The notes beneath the pieces were generated by a model. The model had not been told where the DNA came from, made no database searches, and saw only the letters and a program-made list of their open reading frames with translations. A stretch of 64,000 nt of DNA from Bacteroidota bacterium (GTDB taxonomy: Bacteria; Bacteroidota; Bacteroidia; Chitinophagales; BACL12), in assembly GCA_016718035.1 (NCBI GenBank), contig JADKEK010000010.1, positions 120,289 through 184,288 of the forward strand. The letters run 5' to 3'. Below, piece by piece: positions 55,750-62,808 of this stretch (position 1 is its first letter; each line of letters begins with the position of its first letter). The position numbers and the translations under genes are program-made.

Positions 55750-56216
55750 GTTTCACCCGCCTCAGCGGACTGGAAGCGCGGAGAAGCGGAGATTGATTGA
55801 ATATGGATTGTGTGATATGGTTTGTTATTGAGTGCGCGGAGCTGGTAAACCAATTGTTTCTCCCAAAGATGCAAAGGTAAATTGATTGTAAAATGTGCGA
55901 TATGGTTTGTTTTCAAGCGCGCAAAGCTGGCAAACCATTTGTTTCACGCGGAGAAGCGGAGATTGTTTGAATATGGGTTGTTTGTTTTGAGCCCGCGGAG
56001 CTGGAAAACCAATTGTTTCTCGCAAAGGCGCAAAGGTAAATTGAATGTAAAATGTGTGATATGGTTTGTTTTCAAGCGCCAAGCTTTTAAACCATTTGTT
56101 TCACGCAATGATGCAAAGCTTTTAAACACATACTACCTTTGCTCGCTTGAATTGGTTTTTTATTTAAATCGGTGCATTATACGGAAAGTGTTTGACTTTG
56201 CGCCTTTGCGAGAAAC
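55750..56216. repeat. Repeat locus 2: direct array of five ~75-106-bp half-units plus one closing arm. It belongs to the same family as locus 1, in the opposite orientation.
   Basis: Half-units start at 55750, 55856, 55941, 56015 and 56098, each with gtttc(a/t)c... The array ends with ctttgcgagaaac at 56216. The first unit carries the same boundary motif as locus 1 (cctcagcggactg at 55760-55772) and starts immediately after the yitT stop codon. Confidence 0.85.
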
Positions 56217-56460
56217 AACAACCTGTAGGTAATTATTTTTCCCCATTCGAAACCAGAACCACGAGCACTTAAAAAATGTTGATAATAAGTTATTAAATTT
56301 TTCTATTTTTTGTAAATTACACTAGATTCAACCTATCCACAGCAGACAGATTAACGCTCCGATTGTGCATAGATTTTTATTCATAAATATTGGGTTACAA
56401 CTGTTTCCCGTTATACTTTTGGCGTCCCGTAACAGGGGAGAACCGGCAAACTGAACCAAC

Positions 56461-58008
56461 ATGGCAGAATTCGATAACAACCAGACTAATCAATATAAAA
56501 AAAACGACCGCAAACGTAACCAGGCCGATTTATCCAGCGTGGTTTATGGTAAAGTACCACCACAAGCACCCGATTTGGAAGAAGCCGTTTTAGGCGCTTT
56601 CATGATCGACCGCGATGCTGTTACCAACGCTATTGAAATATTGAGGGCAGAAAGCTTTTACGATGACCGTCACCGCATCATTTTTGCCGCCATCCGCCGT
56701 TTGTTTGAAAAAACACAACCTATCGACTTACTTACCGTAACTGAAGAGTTGCGCAAAATGGGTCAACTGGAAGAAGCCGGCGGACCGTTTTATGTTACTT
56801 CACTAACCAATAGAGTGGCTTCTGCGGCGCATATCGAACACCATGCGCGTATTGTTACCCAAAAATTTATTCAGCGTGAACTTATTCGTATTTCCAGCGA
56901 AATAGTGCACGACTCGTATGAAGATACTACCGACGTATTTGAATTGTTAGATAAAGCCGAACAAAACTTATTTAACATCGCCGATAAAAATTTACGCACG
57001 AGTTATAATGAAATTAATAATTTATTAAGCGCGACCATAAAAGAAATTGACGAAGCGAGAAAACATGAAGATTCATTAACAGGATGTCCTTCAGGTTTTA
57101 GTAACCTCGACCGTGTTACAGGTGGCTGGCAAAAATCAGATTTAATTATCGTGGCTGCCCGACCAGCGATGGGTAAAACTGCATTCACTTTATCGCTTGC
57201 GCGAAATGCGGCTGTTGATTTTAACAAAGGTGTTGCCATTTTTTCACTTGAGATGAGTTCTCAGCAATTAGTAAAACGTTTATTAAGTGCTGAAACAGAA
57301 ATTCCAGCGGAAAAAATTATTAAAGGTCATCTCGCTGAACATGAAATGGTGCAGTTGGTAAAACTTTCAGGTAAATTAGGAGAGGCTCCAATTTTTATTG
57401 ATGATACACCTGCCATCAACATTTTTGAATTACGTGCAAAATGCCGCCGTTTAAAAATGCAACACGATATTCAATTGGTAGTTATCGATTATTTACAATT
57501 AATGACTGCCTCCGACTCAAATAAAGGCGGTGGAAATCGCGAACAGGAAATCAGTCAGATTTCACGTTCATTAAAATCTATTGCCAAAGAATTAAATATT
57601 CCTATCATCGCATTATCGCAGTTATCGCGTAAAGTGGAAGACCGCGGTGGAAGCAAACGACCAATGTTATCCGATTTACGTGAATCTGGAGCCATTGAGC
57701 AGGATGCCGACTTAGTATGTTTCCTTTACCGTCCTGAATATTATGGATTGGATGTGGATGAAAATGGATTGCCGACAAAAGGTATTGGTGAAGTAATGAT
57801 TGCTAAACACCGTAACGGTGCATTGGAAAATGTGCGCGTTCGCTTCGTTGATAAATTCATCAAATTCGTTGACCTTGATGAAATGTATACGCCTCAAAAT
57901 TTAACACCACTCGCTAATGTCATCACCGATAATAAAGCCACTATCACCCGTAAATCCAAAATGGATGATATGGATAATATCGATATGTCCGAGGAACCAC
58001 CGTTTTAA
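56461..58008 (+). CDS. dnaB: Replicative DNA helicase DnaB
   Basis: PPQAPDLEEAVLGAFMIDRDAV, Walker A AARPAMGKTAFTL, and IDYLQLM...REQEISQISRSLKSIAKELNIPIIALSQLSR. Confidence 0.95.
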   Translation: MAEFDNNQTNQYKKNDRKRNQADLSSVVYGKVPPQAPDLEEAVLGAFMIDRDAVTNAIEILRAESFYDDRHRIIFAAIRRLFEKTQPIDLLTVTEELRKMGQLEEAGGPFYVTSLTNRVASAAHIEHHARIVTQKFIQRELIRISSEIVHDSYEDTTDVFELLDKAEQNLFNIADKNLRTSYNEINNLLSATIKEIDEARKHEDSLTGCPSGFSNLDRVTGGWQKSDLIIVAARPAMGKTAFTLSLARNAAVDFNKGVAIFSLEMSSQQLVKRLLSAETEIPAEKIIKGHLAEHEMVQLVKLSGKLGEAPIFIDDTPAINIFELRAKCRRLKMQHDIQLVVIDYLQLMTASDSNKGGGNREQEISQISRSLKSIAKELNIPIIALSQLSRKVEDRGGSKRPMLSDLRESGAIEQDADLVCFLYRPEYYGLDVDENGLPTKGIGEVMIAKHRNGALENVRVRFVDKFIKFVDLDEMYTPQNLTPLANVITDNKATITRKSKMDDMDNIDMSEEPPF

Positions 58009-58042
58009 TTAATGCTACTTTACTGAAAATAGATTAATGGTT

Positions 58043-58355
58043 GTTTCTCGCCAAGGCGCTAAGTTTAGGTGAATATTTGATGTGTGATATGGTTTGTTTT
58101 CAAGCGCGCAAAGCTTTTAAACCAATTAATATATTTCTCCGCTTTCTCCCATCTCCGCGTGAAACAATCATCGAACGGTTCACGCGAAGCCGCGGATACA
58201 AGGCGCGGAGATTAAAGGAAAATTTAATGTTATATAAGGATTGTTTTTAGGACGAAAAGTTATTAAACGAAGCACCTTTGCTTGCTTGAATTGGTTTTTT
58301 ATTTAAAAATAGCACATCGTGCTGGTAATTTTACCTTTGCGACTTTGCGAGAAAC
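58043..58355. repeat. Repeat locus 3: a single family unit whose central loop carries a ~160-nt nested insertion
   Basis: gtttctcgcc... at 58043 and ...ctttgcgagaaac ending at 58355. The inner stem arms caagcgcgcaaag (58101-58113) and ctttgcttgcttg (58276-58288) are separated by 162 nt. That segment contains its own hairpin cgcgtgaa/ttcacgcg (58156-58163 / 58179-58186) and a ctccgcg/cgcggag pair (58153-58159 / 58204-58210). Confidence 0.8.
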
Positions 58356-58404
58356 ACTTCGTAAATTATATCCTGACACTGAAACAAACAATAATACATC
58401 AACC

Positions 58405-59505
58405 CTATCGGCTCGCATAACGCACAAGCAACAGCGCAACAAAGGCAAACAAAATATTCGGAATATTAGTCCCGATGATAGGATGCAATCCATTATTAAT
58501 GGAAAACGAAGTAGAAAATTGCATGAAAAAAATATATAACGCACTCAACGCAACACCCGCGATAATATTAAACCAATTACCACCACGTATTTTTTTAGAC
58601 CCCAATGCAGCTCCCATAATCACTAAAATTAATGCAGAAATAGCAGAAGAAGCCCTGCGATATTGTTCAACAGTATAATATTCTAATTCACCCGTACCTT
58701 CCGCTTTTTTCTCCGCAATGTATTGCTCCATTTCTTCATAATTCAACACATCCTTAATACGTATATCCTCATCAAAATCTTTAGGTAATAAATTTAAGAC
58801 AGTATCCATTTGTTTGCCTTCGGTATACTTTTCACCCGGACTTTTAATTTCCCAATATTTGTAATCCACAAACCGCCATTGTTTGGTGTCGGCAATATAT
58901 TGGATTTTCGAAGCATTTATTTTTCTTGTCAATTGTCTGTCCTTATCACTGCCTTTAAATTCTTCCAACGAAAAATTATAACCTTCGTTGTTTTTGAATT
59001 TAAATCGTTCTAAAGAAATAAAAGTGTTTTTATTTATTTTAAGATGTTTGTTATTACCATAATTTTTAGGCGCATGAATATACTTGTCCTCAAAAGCTAA
59101 TTTCCGTTTATTGGTTTCAGGCACTGTCCAGTAATTGGCATACAACAACACGCCAACAGCAGCTAACCCGCAAACGATGTAAGGCCTCAAAAAACGTCGA
59201 AAATTCATCCCACTATTAAACATGGCAATAATTTCACTGTTATAAGCCATGCGCGAAGTGAAAAATATAACCGCTAAAAATATGAGTAAAGGAGCTAGTA
59301 TTGACGTGATAAATGGAATGAAGTCCAGGTAGTATTGAATAATTTCAGGAGTCGGTGCGTTTTTTTCGACAAACTTTTCTGTTTTTTCAGAAAGGTCAAT
59401 AACAATGGCGATAGATATAATTAGGACATGTGCGAATATGGTAGACACTACGAATTTTTTTACTACGTAAATGTCGATAATACTCAACCATCGCCTAAAC
59501 GGCAT
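58405..59505 (-). CDS. LptF/LptG-family (YjgP/YjgQ) permease
   Basis: IDIYVVKKFVVSTIFAHVLIISIAIVIDLSEK..., a periplasmic beta-jellyroll middle, and C-terminal TM helices. The likely start is the Met at 59505, which avoids overlap with tgt. Confidence 0.75.
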   Translation of the reverse strand: MPFRRWLSIIDIYVVKKFVVSTIFAHVLIISIAIVIDLSEKTEKFVEKNAPTPEIIQYYLDFIPFITSILAPLLIFLAVIFFTSRMAYNSEIIAMFNSGMNFRRFLRPYIVCGLAAVGVLLYANYWTVPETNKRKLAFEDKYIHAPKNYGNNKHLKINKNTFISLERFKFKNNEGYNFSLEEFKGSDKDRQLTRKINASKIQYIADTKQWRFVDYKYWEIKSPGEKYTEGKQMDTVLNLLPKDFDEDIRIKDVLNYEEMEQYIAEKKAEGTGELEYYTVEQYRRASSAISALILVIMGAALGSKKIRGGNWFNIIAGVALSALYIFFMQFSTSFSINNGLHPIIGTNIPNILFAFVALLLVRYASR

Positions 59506-59528
59506 AAATATATAATCCCCAATTTTTT

Positions 59529-60695
59529 TCACAGTCTCGCGGAAACATTTTTTACCATTTGCACTTTCCATTGTGCAAAATCACCAGCTATAATATGTTT
59601 TCTTGCTTCTTTTACCAGCCATAAATAAAAACTTAAATTATGGATGCTGGCAATTTGTGGTCCAAGTCGCTCACCACTCGCAAATAAATGGCGTAAAAAC
59701 GCTTTGCTGTGTAAACGACTAGTTGAAGCATTACTTGAAATATCTATGGGCGAAAAATCGGTCTCCCATTTTTTGTTTTTAATATTAATTATGCCTTCGG
59801 CAGTAAACAACATACCATTTCTGCCATTGCGTGTTGGCATCACACAATCAAACATGTCGATACCTAACGCTATACTCTCTAAAATATTGGCGGGTGTTCC
59901 TACACCCATTAAATAACGGGGTTTGTTTTCCGGCAAAATACTACAAACAGTTTCGGTCATGGCATACATATCTTCATGCGGCTCTCCAACACTCAATCCG
60001 CCAATCGCATTACCCTCAAGTTCCATGCCTGCAATTACTTCTGCACTCTGTTTGCGCAAATCGGGATAAACCGAACCCTGCACAATTGGAAATAAAAATT
60101 GCCTATAGTCATAAATTGGTGCAGTTGATTTAAAATGTGTAACACAACGTTGTAACCAGCGATGTGTAAGTTCCATGCTCTTTTTGGCATAGGGATATTC
60201 GCAAGGGTAGGGTGTACATTCGTCGAATGCCATGATAATATCAGCACCTATTTTTCGCTGAATATCCATTACACCTTCCGGTGTAAAGGTATGTTTGGAG
60301 CCATCAATATGCGATTGAAAAGTAACGCCCTCTTCTTTGATTTTGCGGATTTGCGCTAAAGAATGCACCTGAAAACCACCACTATCGGTTAAAATCGGAC
60401 CCTTCCATCCATTAAATTTATGTAAACCTCCGGCTTTTTCTATCGTATCAGTCCCGGGTCGCAAATACAAATGATAAGTATTCCCTAAAATAATCTGGGC
60501 CGCGATATCCTCCTCAAGCTCCTTGAAATGTACGCCTTTAACAGTGCCAATGGTGCCGACAGGCATAAAAATGGGCGTTTCAATGCTGCCATGGTCGGTT
60601 TCAAGCACACCTGCACGGGCTTTTGAATGCGGATCGGTATTGGTTAATTGGAAAAACACGCCGCAAAAATACTTAATTGTGGAAAGCTTGTGCAT
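59529..60695 (-). CDS. tgt: tRNA-guanine transglycosylase (queuine tRNA-ribosyltransferase)
   Basis: SKARAGVLETDHGSIETPIFMPVGT, ILGNTYHLYLRPG, LTDSGGFQV, GLSVGEP, and the zinc-site region CVMPTRNGRNG. Confidence 0.95.
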   Translation of the reverse strand: MHKLSTIKYFCGVFFQLTNTDPHSKARAGVLETDHGSIETPIFMPVGTIGTVKGVHFKELEEDIAAQIILGNTYHLYLRPGTDTIEKAGGLHKFNGWKGPILTDSGGFQVHSLAQIRKIKEEGVTFQSHIDGSKHTFTPEGVMDIQRKIGADIIMAFDECTPYPCEYPYAKKSMELTHRWLQRCVTHFKSTAPIYDYRQFLFPIVQGSVYPDLRKQSAEVIAGMELEGNAIGGLSVGEPHEDMYAMTETVCSILPENKPRYLMGVGTPANILESIALGIDMFDCVMPTRNGRNGMLFTAEGIINIKNKKWETDFSPIDISSNASTSRLHSKAFLRHLFASGERLGPQIASIHNLSFYLWLVKEARKHIIAGDFAQWKVQMVKNVSARL

Positions 60696-60744
60696 ATGTT
60701 ATGAACTGTTGTCAACTTAAATGTGGAGCACAAGTTCAATAATC

Positions 60745-60752
60745 TAACTTTG
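60745..60752 (+). promoter_or_regulatory. Candidate -7 promoter box for the GT2 gene
   Basis: TAACTTTG, 13 nt upstream of the ATG at 60766. Confidence 0.4.
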
Positions 60753-60765
60753 CCGCAGCACTATT

Positions 60766-60999
60766 ATGGACGACTCATTTATTAATATCCTTGTATTTTA
60801 CACATTTTGCGGAGCAGCTTTTTTTCAACTTTTTTATTTCCTGTTTTTTTATTTGCGTTTAGCAAATTATAAACCGAAAGAAAAGAAAATAACGCAGTAT
60901 CCACCTGTATCCGTAATTATTTGCGCACGGAACGAAGACACTAATCTCAAACAGCATCTTCCAAAATTCTTGCACAAGACTATCCTGCATTTGAAGTAA
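60766..60999 (+). CDS. Family 2 glycosyltransferase, N-terminal fragment (frameshifted near 60963-60966)
   Basis: TM helix, then YPPVSVIICARNEDTNLKQHLPK, the GT2 opening. The sequence after LPK is out of frame: the next frame reads ILAQDYPAFEVIVVDDNSDDGT. Confidence 0.8.
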   Translation: MDDSFINILVFYTFCGAAFFQLFYFLFFYLRLANYKPKEKKITQYPPVSVIICARNEDTNLKQHLPKFLHKTILHLK

Positions 61000-61001
61000 T
61001 T

Positions 61002-61892
61002 GTGGTTGATGATAACTCTGATGACGGCACTACCGAATATCTCTTTTTCCTTTCACAAAAAGAACCGAGATTAAAACGCACCAAAACAGGTAACAGCAAT
61101 CGGATGATGGCAGGAAAAAAATTCCCGCTCACATTAGGCTTAAAAGCTGCTGCTAACGAATTGGTGGTATTAACCGATGCAGATTGTTACCCTGCTACCA
61201 ATCAATGGCTTAAACAAGTTGTAAGTGGATACGCAACAGATAATAAAGCAATTGTATTAGGTTATGGTGCTTACGAGAAAAAACCGGGACGATTAAACAG
61301 ACGAATCCGATATGAAACTTTTTTAACGGCATTGAATTATTTATCGTTTGCTTTGGCCAAACTACCGTATATGGGGGTGGGAAGAAATTTATCGTACCAA
61401 AAAGGATTGTTTTTTAGCACAAATGGTTTTTTCGACCATCGACATATTCCAAGTGGTGATGATGATTTATTTATCAATAAAGTCGCCACTAAAAGAAATA
61501 CAGAAATCGTAATATCTCCTGATGCATTTACTTACTCTCCACCCAAAGAAACCCGTGAGGAATGGATAGAACAAAAAACGCGTCACATGAGCACTGCCAG
61601 GTATTACCGGGCTAAACATAAATTCTGGTTAGCGCTTCAGCCAATTTCGCATATTTTGTTTTGGATTACGTCACTCTATTTATTGGCTACCGTATTTGTT
61701 TATTGGTATATAGTTGCAGCTGCATTTGTTTTGCGCTGGGCACTTTTGCGATACACATTCGGACAGTCGATGAATAAACTGGATGAAAAAGATTTAAAGC
61801 CTTATATCGAGTTATATGATATCATGCAAATCGGCTACTATTTCCGCTTTGCCAAAGCAGCTTTAGTAAAAACAAAATATAGATGGGATTAA
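61002..61892 (+). CDS. Family 2 glycosyltransferase, C-terminal fragment (continuation of 60766..60999)
   Basis: VVDDNSDDGT...LTDADCYP...GDDDLFIN are GT2 DxD and acceptor motifs, followed by C-terminal TM helices. The listed start is an artefact: this frame is open upstream through 60960. Confidence 0.8.
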   Translation: MVDDNSDDGTTEYLFFLSQKEPRLKRTKTGNSNRMMAGKKFPLTLGLKAAANELVVLTDADCYPATNQWLKQVVSGYATDNKAIVLGYGAYEKKPGRLNRRIRYETFLTALNYLSFALAKLPYMGVGRNLSYQKGLFFSTNGFFDHRHIPSGDDDLFINKVATKRNTEIVISPDAFTYSPPKETREEWIEQKTRHMSTARYYRAKHKFWLALQPISHILFWITSLYLLATVFVYWYIVAAAFVLRWALLRYTFGQSMNKLDEKDLKPYIELYDIMQIGYYFRFAKAALVKTKYRWD

Positions 61893-62485
61893 ACGAAAAT
61901 CTTTCTGATCGCGCCCGTGAGGATATGGAACTGGTTGAAAAAGCCCGCAAAGGCGACCAGTATGCCTATAGTGTTTTAATGGGGCGATATAAAGATTCAA
62001 TTAATTTCATGCTGCTCAAAATGGTTCACAATCGCGATGATGCCGATGATTTAACCATAGAAGCTTTTGGGAAAGCATTTTTACACCTTGAAAAATATAC
62101 TCCTGACTTTGCATTCAGTACATGGCTATTTAAAATTGCCCTGAATAATGCCATAGATTTTATTCGCAAAAAGAAATTAAAAACATTGAGCTTAGATGAT
62201 GAAAATGACGAATCATCAAAATATGTTTTTTCCAAAATTAAAACAAGTGCATTAGACCCGGAAGAGTCTATCATAAAAGATCAACGTGCAGGCTTAATGC
62301 GCACCATTTTAGATGAACTCAATCCGAAATATAAAACATTAATCGAAATGCGTTATTTTGAAGAACTGAGTTATGAAGAAATAGCAGAAAAACTCAATAT
62401 GCCGCTCGGCACAGTAAAAGCCCAACTTTTCCGCGCACGAAATTTTCTTTATGAATTACTCGCCGAAAGAAAAGGGAGGATTTGA
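61883..62485 (+). CDS. RNA polymerase sigma-70 family factor (ECF/sigma-24-like)
   Basis: Region 2 is YKDSINFMLLKMVHNRDDADDLTIEAFGKAF..F..WLFKIALNNAIDFIRKK. Region 4 is RYFEELSYEEIAEKLNMPLGTVKAQLFRAR. No anti-sigma gene lies downstream. Confidence 0.85.
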   Translation: MGLNENLSDRAREDMELVEKARKGDQYAYSVLMGRYKDSINFMLLKMVHNRDDADDLTIEAFGKAFLHLEKYTPDFAFSTWLFKIALNNAIDFIRKKKLKTLSLDDENDESSKYVFSKIKTSALDPEESIIKDQRAGLMRTILDELNPKYKTLIEMRYFEELSYEEIAEKLNMPLGTVKAQLFRARNFLYELLAERKGRI

Positions 62486-62808
62486 TATTGAAATTGGTTT
62501 GAAATTATAAAATGACAGCTACTATCTTGCGATCACCAAAGGGTTGCATTTTGCTCTTCAAATTATTTTTTCCGGCTTTAGTATCCGCACAAATTTAAAC
62601 TATATTTAAATAGCAAATTAAAATCATCTTTGTATTTCCTTTGTGTTAATTCTCTTTATTGTTCGGCTGTTTGGTTTATCAATCACTATCTCCGCCTCTC
62701 CCCACAAACCATACAATCCGCGTGAACCAAAAACAACTCCGATGCAAACAACATTTAATAATCACCGGCAACTAATTTGCAAAGAACTGCAAAAAACAAT
62801 CCTGCAAA

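Noticed and set aside
56333-56341. A DnaA-box-like 9-mer (ctatccaca) upstream of dnaB, raising the question of a replication origin
   Set aside because: It is a single copy with one mismatch to TTATCCACA. There is no cluster of boxes, no adjacent AT-rich unwinding repeats in a recognisable pattern, and no dnaA or dnaN nearby.
6553-62274. Other shadow ORFs inside strong CDSs. Examples: 6553..6771, 7198..7404, 8642..8914, 11273..12580, 17058..17264, 17814..18329, 20601..21002, 24022..24213, 25443..26002, 26663..27239, 27799..28837, 28877..29224, 30228..30885, 31305..31508, 32017..32199, 33290..34233, 34852..35034, 37785..38057, 40655..40897, 43108..43723, 44316..44894, 46339..46533, 50866..51084, 51503..51721, 53463..53663, 55170..55743, 57003..57897, 58475..59013, 59428..60720, 62026..62274.
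   Set aside because: Each overlaps a longer ORF that has clear family signatures on the other strand or frame. None has independent support.
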